Shown here: in pieces, positions 25,597-37,690 of the stretch
How the letters are laid out: the number at the start of each line of letters is the position of its first letter
Numbering within the stretch: the stretch's first letter is position 1
From: Octopus sinensis
Taxonomy: Eukaryota
Reading direction: 5' to 3'
DNA length: 42,167 nt
NCBI RefSeq assembly: GCF_006345805.1
Contig: NW_021835766.1
Location: forward strand, 1 to 42,167
Position numbers and translations under genes: made by a program
Notes under the pieces: generated by a model
Databases searched by the model: none
The model's input: the letters and a program-made list of their open reading frames with translations, nothing else
What the model was told of the DNA's origin: nothing

Positions 25597-26214
25597 TCAC
25601 GCATATATGATTGTGTGTGTTCACATACGTATACGCATATATATATACATATATAAAAAAAGAGCGAGTTAAATATACATACATACACACACTCACACAT
25701 ACACATAAACATACACACACATACACTTACACATACACTTACACATACACATACACATAAACATACACACACATACACTTACACATACACACACATACAC
25801 ATACACCTTGTTTCCACTCCTTGGAAACAACCTACTTGAGATACGTTTCTCTAATTGCTTTCTTAATGTAATTGCAGACACACACACACACGCACACACA
25901 CGCACACACACTCACACACACATACGCACGCACACATACATACACCCCTGACATTTTCATGATGTATGTAAATATGTACGTGTGTGTGCGTGCATACGTG
26001 CGTGTATGAATGTATGTATGTATGTATGTATGTATGTATGTATGTATGTATGTATGTATAGGCCAGCGGGGTGGCATCATTCGAAAGCTAAAATTATACA
26101 AGACGCATCGTGACCAGCGGTGTATAACAACATTCGATAATCTGATCGATCATGTGATCAGGCAATACATATGTGAGTGTATATATATATCTATACATCT
26201 ATATATATATATAT

Positions 26215-26290
<76 letters not shown>

Positions 26291-26620
26291 GTATAGACAT
26301 CGTCTGTTGTTATTCATTTGCATTTATTTATGTGTGTGTGTGTGTGTATACACACACATACACACATACATACACATACACACACATTCCTAGATTATTT
26401 ATTGTTGTGTGCACGATTTATACATAGATATACATAAAAACATTAAAATGTTATTTCAAAAAGCATTCAATACGTGCGTGTATGATATGAAATTAGTCTT
26501 AATAAAAGAAACCTTTGACAATTATTTTGAAGTTTTGTCAGGCGTCTGCTACTTCACACTGTCTGAGAATATGTGAAGGACGGTACAACCACGAAGAAAC
26601 TCTAAAGCATTTCCTGGTAC

Positions 26621-26772
26621 TGGCGCAGGTATGGTTCTGTGGTTAAGTATTTCGTTTGGCAGCCACGTATCTTTCAGTACCGATCTGTCGGTTCCACTGC
26701 GTGAGCAAATGTCTTCTATAACAGAATCAGATGAAACATTACTTCGTTATAGAATTTGGTAGAAGGAAAACA
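26621..26772 (+). mobile_element. Decayed SINE family B 5' part
   Basis: GGCGCAGGTATGGTTCTGTGGTTAAG...CCACTGCGTG...GTCTTCTA...GAATTTGGTAGA. Confidence 0.6.
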
Positions 26773-26786
26773 TGCAGAAGGGTTCT

Positions 26787-26844
<58 letters not shown>

Positions 26845-26907
26845 GATTAAAATATGCACATACTCTGAGTGACAGACTTACATTTCGTAAATATATATTC
26901 TTATATA

Positions 26908-27010
26908 CCGGGGTAGATAAATTAAGTACCAGTTGCGTACTGGGGTCGATCTAATCGACAGGCTACCTCCCCAAAAATTTCGGGCCTTGTGCCTAGAGTA
27001 GAAAAGAATA
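26908..27010 (+). mobile_element. SINE family A variant: central domain with a different 3' tail
   Basis: GATAAATTAAGTACCAGTTGCGTACTGGGGTCGATCTAATCGAC followed by CCCCAAAAATTTCGGGCCTTGTGCCTAGAGTAGAAAAGAAT. Confidence 0.7.
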
Positions 27011-27208
27011 TATTCTTATATACAGCATACATACGTGCATACATATATACATACATATATATGTGCATCTGTGTGTGTGGTTCAGGAGGGCCACAAAGAA
27101 CATATTCAAAACAAGGAAACTGGAAAGAAAAACTCACCAAGGACATGATATAACCCTCATCAGTTATAGACCAAACATCATCACAGTTTCGACACCTTAA
27201 TGATATAT

Positions 27209-27250
<42 letters not shown>

Positions 27251-27262
27251 AACCACACGTAA

Positions 27263-27381
27263 TCGAAAGGATGAAAAGCAAAGTCGACCTCGGCAGAACG
27301 TGAACTCAGAACGTAAAGACGAACGAAATACCGCAAGGCATTTCGCCCGGCGTGCTAACGTCTCTGCCAGCTCGACGCCTT
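27263..27381 (-). mobile_element. SINE family A, 5' part
   Basis: Homologous to 82-199. Confidence 0.85.
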
Positions 27382-28771
27382 CATACGCCTCCGTACGTAT
27401 GTGGTTGTGTGTATTCTACAGAAGGTTAATGAGCTCTTGTAAGGCAGCAGGTGATTTTTATCCAGCCTTTATATAGTTTTGTGGGGGGGGAAGTTGACAC
27501 TTTGTTGCAGGCAGACGGAATAAATGGAACGAAATACTTTTACCGGAATTCAACCTATATCTCAATGTCGCTTTGCCGGAAGCTTCCATCCATTCTGAAG
27601 TATTGTTATATACACAGACACGAGCGTGCGCGCTCACTCACATACACATAGAGAGATACATGTATGTGGTTCAAGTTGGTATTATTTAATAATAATAGTT
27701 TCTACCCTTATTCTTTAATTTTAAATATCCGTGTTCTCAAGCCAGCACATACATACACACATACATACATACATATACATACATACATACATACATACAC
27801 ACACACACATACATACATACATACATACATACATACATACATAGACATATATAAATACATACATACATACATACATACATACATACATACATACATACAT
27901 ACATACATAGACATATATAAATACATATTATATATAAGTATGCAAGCGCCCACACTAAGTTAACTATACAAACATATACGCACACGCATAAACGCCTGCT
28001 CGCCCTCAGTCACGCACACAGAGTCACGAAGACTCGTTCACGCACAAAAACATTGAGATGAAACGAAGAGAATGAAGACGGAATTCTTCCTTAAATTTTT
28101 ATTGTTGAGTGACAACTTACTAATATGGAGAAGAGAGAGAGGGGGGGGGAGAGGAGAGAGGATGAGAAAGAAGGTATGCAGGCATACATACTGACAAAAG
28201 GAAGACAGATAAATTGGCAAAAAGACAGACAGAACGAAAGGACAAGGATATTGAAAGGGAGAAGAGGAATTAGGAAAGAGAGAGAGAAATAGACAAAGAA
28301 AACGAAAGAAGATGAATTAGGAGAGAGACAGAGAGAGAGAGAAAACGAATGAAAGAAAGAAATCAGGAAAGAACGAAAGAAAGAAAATGCCACTCTTGTT
28401 TCTCAGCCAACATATAATTTCCTTTCTGTAAAATGGCGACAAAAACAGTTTTATTTGGTTTGTCTTTACAAATATATTGAACCAAATCTTAAGAGTTTAA
28501 GCACAATAAGCAGTAAAGGCTAAAACTTTTATCCTAACAATCCAAACGTTGTCGTTGCTATTGTTGTAAGCCTGAAATAGGAGGTTTTTCCCCCAATGGC
28601 CTACCAACCATGACATCGCATTTTGTCGAGGGTATGCTGGGCTACATAATCTAATCTTTCTTTCAATGGTATGGTAGTAGAATTAGTTAAGCGAGTATGT
28701 AGCCGCGAGAGAGAGAGGGCGTCCAATGTTTCGGATAAAACTCCTTCGGGAAGGAGAGTAATAATGGTTCC

Positions 28772-29089
28772 AATGGCTGTTTGGTAAAGAGCTTGCCTCC
28801 TAATCACATTGTTCCGGATTCAGTTCCACTGCGTGGCACTTTGGGCAAGTGTCTTCTGCTACAACCTCGGGCCGACCAAAACCTTCTAAGTGTCCCCCCC
28901 CCAACATCGCTTGATAACCGATAGTGGTGTGTTTACGTCCCCGTAACTTAGCGGTTCGGCAAAAAAGAGGCCGATAGAATAAGTACTAGGCTTACAAAGA
29001 ATAAGTCCTGGGGTCGATTTGCTCGATTAAAAGCGATGCTCCATCATGGCCGCAGTCAAATGACTGGAACAAGTAAAAGAGTAAAAGAG
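28772..29089 (+). mobile_element. SINE family B with internal deletion
   Basis: Head, CORE-like segment and tail ending (GTAAAAGA)2. Confidence 0.85.
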
Positions 29090-29615
29090 TATTGTACTTT
29101 TTGTTTATTTTATTTCATTGGTTGTCGCCATTTTAAAAAGTGGATCCCTCCAACCCGCCTGCTGAGACGACATGGAGAAAGAAACAGACTCATGCTGTTT
29201 TCGTTTTTGTTGCTGCTGCTGCTGCAGCATCAACTATTGTTGTTGTTGCTGCTGTTGCTGCTGTTGCTGCTACTGCTGTTGTTGCTGCCGCTATTTTTGT
29301 AGCGTTTGATTAGTTGATTTGTATTCTTAATTTCTTCCTTCTGGCGCAATATGGAAAGGAAAGAAAAAAAAATCTACCTTTATCGTTGCTGTTGTTGTTC
29401 TTGTTTATGGTAATTATTGTTGTTAATCTCTTCTTTTCCTCCTCCCCTTCCTCCTCTCTTCATCATCTTTCCCCTCCTCCTTCAAATCAGTAACACAACA
29501 CCATATGTAGACACTCAAATGATCTCCTGATGAGATTTCCAACACAGAACAGTAACTGTTTTTTTTTATTTTTTATTTATTTTATTTGTTATATTCGTTA
29601 CAGTGCTTGTTCTCA

Positions 29616-29687
<72 letters not shown>

Positions 29688-30098
29688 CTGCTGTAAAACA
29701 ACGCCAAATTAACTGTAGTTTCTTCTACATGTTCCTGCTATATTATTATATTATTTATGTATTTATATATTTAACTGTTTATTGTGTACGATTTTATGTG
29801 TGTATGAATGTGTGTCTGTGAGTGTGTGTGTGTGTGTGAGAGAGAGAGAGAATGAGTGAATGTGTACGTATGTGTTTGTGCGTATACGAGAGGGAAAGGC
29901 AGAAAGAAAAAAATAAGAGAAATAATGAAGAGACTGGAGACAGAAATAAACAATTTATCATTAGATATGTTAACACAAGCCAGATGAACAAAACAAAGCT
30001 CATAGAGGTTTGTGCGTTCGCATGTGTGAGTGTGTGTGTTGTGAGCGTGCGCGCGCACACGTATCTGTCTCGGTGCGTGCGTGTGCGTGCGTGCGTGC

Positions 30099-30129
<31 letters not shown>

Positions 30130-30315
30130 TGTATTTGTCTTGGTGCTTACGTTTAGTGATGTAATTATGTAGTACTTGCCGTCATCAGATGATGATGAAG
30201 GAAGAGCAAACCGAAACTTAGAAGTCACTGCAAATATCTTCCTCGTAACTATGTGTGTCTTCCTGTCTGCTATATATATATATGTTTGTGTATATATATA
30301 TATTATATATATATA

Positions 30316-30346
<31 letters not shown>

Positions 30347-30364
30347 ATAGATAGAGAGAGAGAG

Positions 30365-30396
<32 letters not shown>

Positions 30397-30514
30397 AGAG
30401 AGATGCAGACATAGATATATATGCACATATATATATATACTATATACATATAAATATATGTATGTAGGATTTAGTTTTTTTCATTCGCAAAATATGAAAA
30501 TTGGCTATTATTAT

Positions 30515-30900
30515 GTGGAAGCACTCCGTCGGTTACGACGACGAGGGTTCCGGTTGATCAGATCAACGGAACAGCCTGCTCGTGAAATTAACGTGTAAGT
30601 GGCTGAGCACTCCACAGACACGTGTACCCTTAACGTAGTTCTCGGGGATATTCAGCGTGACACAGAGAGTGACAAGGCCGGCCCTTTGAAATACAGGTAC
30701 AACAGAAACAGGAAGTAAGAGTGAGAGAAAGTTGTGGTGAAAGAGTACAGCAGGGATCACCACCATCCCCTGCCGGAGCCTCGTGGAGCTTTAGGTGTTT
30801 TCGCGCTCAATAACACTCACAACGCCCGGTCTGGGAATCAAAATCGCGATCCTACGACCGCGAGTCCGCTGCCCTAACCACTGGGCCATTGCGCCTCCAC
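30515..30900 (-). mobile_element. SINE family C, full length
   Basis: tRNA head GTGGAGGCGCAATGGCCCAGTGGTTAGGGC; possible TSD CTATTATTATGT / CTATAATAATGT. Confidence 0.88.
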
Positions 30901-31232
30901 TATAATAATGTAGCATTCTAGTCTCATTACTTTGAAGGTATGATGTTTTGGAGAAATAAATCAGAGAAAAAACTTACAAAGATTTAAAAATCGAAAAAAC
31001 TGGGTATTTTTAGCCAATTGCGTGACAGGAATTTTCTGCATTTAGCAGAGCGGTGTCAACTTTAAGGTTGTACCCTGTGAAATTTAGCGTCTGAACTGTT
31101 CATTGTAGGTTTGTAAATAAACAGAAATACCTAATAAAATCAACATGTATCATCTGGATCTAGTCTTTCTCATTCATTGATTGTATTTTTTAAATTGTTT
31201 TAAAATTTGTTATATTAATATATTTGTCTGCA

Positions 31233-31359
31233 TGTGCTTACTTTATGCGTATTTCAGTATTCATACACACACACAAGCACACACAAACACACATATTAAT
31301 GATGTACATAAATACATGGCAGATGTACATAATACTGAAATACGCATAAAGTAAACACA
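31233..31359. repeat. Inverted repeat, ~29 bp arms
   Basis: TGTGCTTACTTTATGCGTATTTCAGTATT versus AATACTGAAATACGCATAAAGTAAACACA; 1 mismatch. Confidence 0.85.
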
Positions 31360-31492
31360 GCTGAGTGAACTGGAGCAACATGAAATAAAGTGTCTTGCTC
31401 AAGAACATAACACGCAGCCCGGTCCGGGATTCGAACTCACAACCTCACGATCGTAAGCTCAACGCTCTAACCACTGAGCCATGCGCCTTCAC
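31358..31492 (-). mobile_element. tRNA-derived CORE-SINE family D, 5' part
   Basis: TGGCTCAGTGGTTAGAGC A box, GAGTTCGAATCCC B box, then CORE-like GTTCTTGAGCAAGACACTTTA. Confidence 0.8.
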
Positions 31493-31569
31493 AACTGGGT
31501 GTATATAAATGTGTATATATATATTTTTTTCTATTTTTCTATTTTCTCTCCCTATTTATTTCTGTATTC

Positions 31570-31606
31570 CTTTCTGTCGAAGAGCATAGGCTCGAAACGT
31601 AAAAGA
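31570..31606 (+). ncRNA. Minimal hammerhead-like motif
   Basis: CTTT-CTGTCGA-A-GAGC ATAG GCTC-GAAAC-GTA-AAAG. Confidence 0.55.
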
Positions 31607-31740
31607 CTTTCTCACTTCCCGGGCATTACACACCCGTCTTCGTCTCTTGTTTTTTTTGGTTTTTTTTGTAACTTCTCATTATATATATCGATGAAACTCT
31701 ATATGAATTTGAATGAACACACATAAACACGCATAAGTAT

Positions 31741-31975
31741 ATGTATGTATGAGCATAAATACATTCTCATACGCATTTACAGCTTACGTGTATGAGTTTT
31801 TTATAATGTACACGCACAAATATATTATTATATATCAGTGTGTTAGTTTGCGTGTGTTTTCATAAGTACATACACGCAAACCAATACACTGACATATAAT
31901 AATATATTTGTGCGTGTACATTATAAAAAAGTCATACACGTAAGCTGTACATGTGTATGAGAATATATTTATGCT

Positions 31976-31986
<11 letters not shown>
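31741..31986. repeat. Long palindrome / foldback, ~116 bp arms, ~14 nt loop
   Basis: 31741-31856 is the reverse complement of 31871-31986 with about 8 mismatches and no indels. Confidence 0.95.
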
Positions 31987-32035
<49 letters not shown>

Positions 32036-32088
32036 CATACATACATACATACATACATACATACATACATACATACATACAGATATGC

Positions 32089-32145
<57 letters not shown>

Positions 32146-32337
32146 GTATGTAAGCGTACATATAAATTAAGTATATGCACACACAAATACACACGCACAT
32201 ACGCACTTACACACATACATACACACAGACGTACTTGACAAGTCTGCCTGTACGCGTTTGTGTATGTTTCTGTGTCAGTGTGCGTATGATTATGAGTGTG
32301 TGCGTGTGAGAGAGAGACAGACAGACAGGCAGAGACA

Positions 32338-32404
<67 letters not shown>

Positions 32405-32865
32405 GTCATAGTTTCACACAAAATAGTTTGGAAAAGAGAAATAATGCGAAAGGTTTGCGCTCATATATCAAGGCAGCTCCTAGCTTCAATTTCTGTCGCT
32501 TTAAAGAAACTCCCTGGGATATCAGACATAATAATGATTTCTTTCATAACGTATGAAACCCGAGAATTGGGGAGCAGGGTCGGGGATATTTGGGTGCGTT
32601 GCGTCGTTCACGCCTGTCCCTTACATCGGTCACTTTTCTTCTCTTTTCAAAGTGGAAACAAAATCCCTTTAAAAGAGACAGCATTGGTGTCCCATCAAAG
32701 GTATGTAGAAGAATGTGAAAGGAGCTAGAGGCAGTGGGGAGAGAAGAGGAATCGGGAGGTTTTGGAGTTCATGCCTTTGCAAGTGATATTACTAATGTAA
32801 AAAGAACGGGGTTCCGACTGAGAATCGAAACTTGGGCGGCTGATTGGTTACGCTGAGGAAATACC

Positions 32866-33098
32866 TATTTTTTTACTACCCACAAGGGGATAAACACAGA
32901 TGGGACAAACAAGGACAAACAAACGGATTAAGTCGATTACATCAACCCCAGTTCGTAACTGGTACTTAATTTATCGACCCCGAAAGGATGAAAGGCAAAG
33001 TCGACCTCGGCGGAATTTGAACTCAGAACGTAGCGGCAAACGAAGTACCGCTAAGCATTTCGCCCGGCGTGCTGACTGTTCTGCCAGCTCGCCGCCTT
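32866..33098 (-). mobile_element. SINE family A, full length, with TSD
   Basis: GCTGAGGAAATACC at 32852-32865 and 33101-33114. Confidence 0.92.
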
Positions 33099-33153
33099 AT
33101 GCTGAGGAAATACCGACACACAAAACTTCAAACTCAGCTTACACACAAAAACG

Positions 33154-33218
<65 letters not shown>

Positions 33219-34284
33219 TCTCTCTTTTCTCTCCCATTCGGTCGTTCTTTATCTATCTTTCTCTTTTTATATTCTTTTATTCTTTATATTTTATGGATCC
33301 ACGACCATGCTGGGGCACTACCTTCAAAACTTTAGTGAATCATATTGATCCCAAAGTAGAGAGCGGTGACAAAGCAAGGGGTCTCAGCGAACAGGTATTA
33401 TAACCAGGTATGATAGCCTGAGAAGGTTTGTGCTACTTCACCACTGTGCCCAGGGAGGGATGGAGAAGATTGGTTCCTGATCTTTCCCCTGTTATGTCAT
33501 TTGAAGTGAACGCTACTTGCATTAGGGTAGAAGGTAACTGTCCCTTCTTCGGCAATTGTAAATAGGAACCATGAGTAGGTTTCTGTTTATAGCTACTGAT
33601 TTCAGTTTCCAATACTGAAATACAATCTCCCCATGTCCTCAAACCTATTTAAAACAGTCGTTCTATCCAGGAGAAGTGTTATCTATTAACCGGTTCACAC
33701 TGGGAAACCTATGGTGTGGTCCCTCACACAGTGACATGTTCTTGTTGCCACGATCGCTAAAGACAGTATGATATAATGTATGAACTCACAACCTCCTCTT
33801 CGTTCTCTTTCCTACCCTTCATGCTATTCTCTCTCTCTCTCTTCTACTCCATCTCTTCCTCTTACTATTCTTAAATAACACACATTCACAATCCACTGGG
33901 CCGCCATTCAATTTCAGGTTCCGTATTCACAGTTCTACCAACTGTTCACTTTGCCAGTAAGACAAAGTGAACTATCGCAGTAAACTTCCTCCGTCGGCAG
34001 GAATTGAACTCAGTACCCCATTATAATCCAATGAAACACTCATCAATTTCATAGTGCGGTCGCTGCTTGCAATGGTGAATTAATTAGGTCACACGTTGTG
34101 TTTGAAAGAAAGTTAACTGATCCAAACCTCGGACAGAAATGTTGCTGAAGGGAGTGAGGAAGCGAAACAACTATCAACCATCTTCTGAGTAGTTTTCTAT
34201 TAAGTTATCATATTAATAAAAAAAAGAAACCTGACTGAGCTTTGCCGTCCGCTGCTTCAGAAATCCTGCCACAATTTGTAGCTT

Positions 34285-34765
34285 TACTTATCTTTTACTT
34301 GTTTCAGTCATTAGACTGTGGCCATGCTGGGGCACCACCTTGAATTTTTACTAGAATGAATCGACTGAGGTACATTTTTTTTTCTTAAAGCCCGGTACTT
34401 ATTCTATCGGTCTCTTTTACTGAACAGCTAAGTTACAGGAATATAAGCACACCAACACCGGTTGTCAAGCAGTGATGAGAGACAAACATACACAACACAA
34501 CACACACACGCACGCACGCACACACACACATACACACGCACACACACACAACACATACACACACACACATATATAGGAACCAGACTCGGGTCGCCTGGAT
34601 GAAAACCAAGATATACAACGGGCTTCCTCGGGTTTCTGTCTACCAAATCCACTCACAAGGCTTGGGTTGGCGCGAGGCTATAGTAGAAGACATTTTACCA
34701 AAGTGCGACGCAGTGAAACTGAACCCGGAACCATGTGGTTAGGCAGTAAACTTCTTACTCTACAG
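34285..34765 (-). mobile_element. SINE family B, near full length
   Basis: Homologous to 302-775. Confidence 0.85.
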
Positions 34766-35539
34766 TCACGTTTAGAGATAATTCTCTCCAACGTTTACGC
34801 AATAAAGTGTGAAAGAGATCTCAGACTAAAGAATGAGAACGCCATACTATACTTATTTATTATCTCTCATACTCTCCTTTATAACAAGGGTTTTAACCCA
34901 GAAAAAACTTCGCTTCGCATCCAGAACGAAATTTGTCTACATGTATCGAATTTAATTACTGATTAAGATGTTTGTTTTATAAACAAAAAACGATGCGCGT
35001 TAGCGAAAGGAGTGAATAAATAAATAAACAGAAATATAGGAGATAAAGAAAACAAACACACAAACACACAAGGAACAGATGTGACTAAATCAACAGAATT
35101 TAAGCCTTATACTTTAAGGTCAATGATTTTTATTTTTTTTATTACACACACTCACACATCACACACACACACACACATATGCACACAAGTATATATGTGT
35201 GCGTTTAGGAATTTGATCATATATATGTGTGTGTGTGTGTGCGTTTGTGTATGTATACATGTATATGCTATCCTAAATATACATTTTAGTTCTACATACA
35301 TGCACAAATGCAGTATATAAACATGCGGACGATTTCTTGACTAGTGCGTTTCTCGGGAGAATTGCCAACAGACACAGATATTGACAAACTTACACACACA
35401 TGTAAATATGTGTGTGCACATATAAGTGCGTAAGTGTGTATATCTGTATGTGTGTATGTGTGTATATATATATATATATATGTAGATATAGATAGATAGA
35501 TATAGATAGATAGCTAGATAGAGAGACAGACAGACAGAC

Positions 35540-35575
<36 letters not shown>

Positions 35576-35680
35576 GGATAGACTACAGACAGAACAGACA
35601 GACAGACAGACAGACAGACACCAGACGACAGACAGACAGATAGATAGATAGATAGCTAGATGATAGACAGACAGACAGAC

Positions 35681-35715
<35 letters not shown>

Positions 35716-35766
35716 AGATAGATAGATAGATGATAGATAGCTAGATAGATAGACAGACAGACAGAC

Positions 35767-35842
<76 letters not shown>

Positions 35843-36426
35843 GTGCAAACAAGGATATATGCATACTTACATTCTCCTCATTTTTCTCGTGTAATAAATA
35901 CTTGCCTCTAAATGTTTGCCATAAATATAAAGAATTGGTAAAAAGAAAAGCAAATCTGGTTATCTTCTATGGATAAATGTAAAGAAAGGACTGTTTAAAG
36001 AAGGTTCTGGCAGTAATCGAGCGGTAGAAATTAACTGATAAGCACATGGATTACTGCTATAGGGGCGGCGACAAGAGTGGAAACCGGTGTCAACAATCGC
36101 CGGTTGAAAGGACTAGCATGAAACATTCTAGTGCCCCATTTTTCTTTATCGAATCAAGTCCTACACCAGTTTTATAAAAAGTTTAAGGAAGATATCTTAA
36201 TTGGCTAGAGAAGATGAAGAGTTATTGCAATTATTTATTTTAGTGTGAAGTAATTACAGCAGAAACTTACGTTCACTAAGAATAAAAAAGCAGTTATTTG
36301 GAGGAAAATCTACCCTTGAAAAGGCTTTACTATAAATAATAGGGTTAACAGCCCAGCAGACTGTGGCCTCGAAAACATTGTTAAAATCACGAGCCACCTC
36401 CAAACAAAACCGTTAAGAATAAAAAG

Positions 36427-36569
36427 TTGTTGCGACTTTTACTTCCTCTAGGCGATCGAGTTCGGTCGTCTTCTCCGGGCCATCAGAGAACGCGCCGACG
36501 ACGGCGCGGAACGCCGCCGCGCGTAAGCGGATTCGTCGGCCAGATCCGAGGACCTCACTGGACCGTTCG

Positions 36570-36600
<31 letters not shown>

Positions 36601-36710
36601 AGGCAGGGACGTGATCGACGCGGGCTGATGACCCGCGCCTACCGGGAATTCCTCGTTCACGAGGTTGGTTCCAGACCCCGATCCCAATCACGGGAAGTGG
36701 TTCAAAGGTT
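36427..36710 (-). pseudogene. 18S rRNA 3' region fragment (helix 44/V9 and upstream), isolated pseudogene
   Basis: Minus strand contains AACGAGGAATTCCC, GTCCCTGCCTTTTGTACACACCGCCCGTCGCTACTACCGAT and TAGAGGAAGTAAAAGTCGCAACAA. Substitutions at conserved positions; no flanking rDNA. Confidence 0.93.
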
Positions 36711-36937
36711 CAGATTGAACGGGTAACTACAATTACATGAATGGCCGTAAACTTAATTCCTTGTCCTTTTTTTAACTCCACCTCCTGGTCCTCAGCAGAG
36801 ATTACTATGTTGCAAGTATTTGGAACAAGTGCCCAGTCTGCGAATAATATCCCTCTGGTAGTCTCAAAGACCTTAGCTAAACGGTAATATAGTAAACAGA
36901 AATGAGTAAAGAAGACAAACTACTCAAAACAAATACC

Positions 36938-37062
<125 letters not shown>

Positions 37063-37135
37063 TTTGTGTGTGTGTGTTTTCTATTTTGAAAGAATTAGCA
37101 TTCATAAAAAGTTATTTTATCACTAAAGTAATTTA

Positions 37136-37690
37136 ATGGCATTCTAAACACATGTCCAAGAAATCTCAAACGACGATCGTTTGTGATGCTTAGAAGTTTC
37201 TGCTTGGTTCTCCCATAGACTTCTTCATTGGATATTCTGTCTTGCCAAGAGATGTTAAGCTTGTGGGCAAGTCCTGCTGTCATCTTCCATGTTCCACTGG
37301 CATAGATGGCAACTTGGATAACCGAAGAATTGTACAAAACTATCTAGCTTCTTAGAGTCATCTGATTTGATAGCCAAATGTTCCCGAACCTTCTAAAGAC
37401 AGCTTGCTTCTCCAGTTCTTCTCAAGACGTCTTGCTCTGGGTCACCCCTGCTGGAAATGCTTCTATGCCATCGACAAGACACCTAAAGCTCTCCCTCGAT
37501 TGAGCTAGAATGTTGGAAAAGGTAACGAGGACCCCCATTAATAACATGGAAGAGGACAGTTCGGAAGAATCTTGATGCAGAAGAGTTGAGCAGTTGAGAG
37601 GATGCGAAATCTCTTGCAGAAGACCGCAGAGGATAGAGATCTTTTGTTGCTGCCAAATGTTCTACATGGAATAAGAGGAACTAACTAACT
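37136..37690 (+). mobile_element. 5'-truncated RTE-clade LINE with inverted 5' segment (37136-37464 minus, 37465-37690 plus)
   Basis: Minus: ISSRGDPEQDVLRRTGEA / AVFRRFGNIW..LYNSSVIQVAIYASGTW..ISWQDRISNEEVY..RRLRFLGHVFRMP. Plus: MP..ITWKRTVRKNL..AKSLAEDRRG*RSFVAAKC, then (TAAC)n tail. TSD on both sides. Confidence 0.88.

Noticed and set aside
31400-31492. Possible tRNA gene (also 17180-17255 and 30825-30900)
   Set aside because: A and B boxes continue directly into SINE body sequence and a full cloverleaf is not evident; these are SINE heads.
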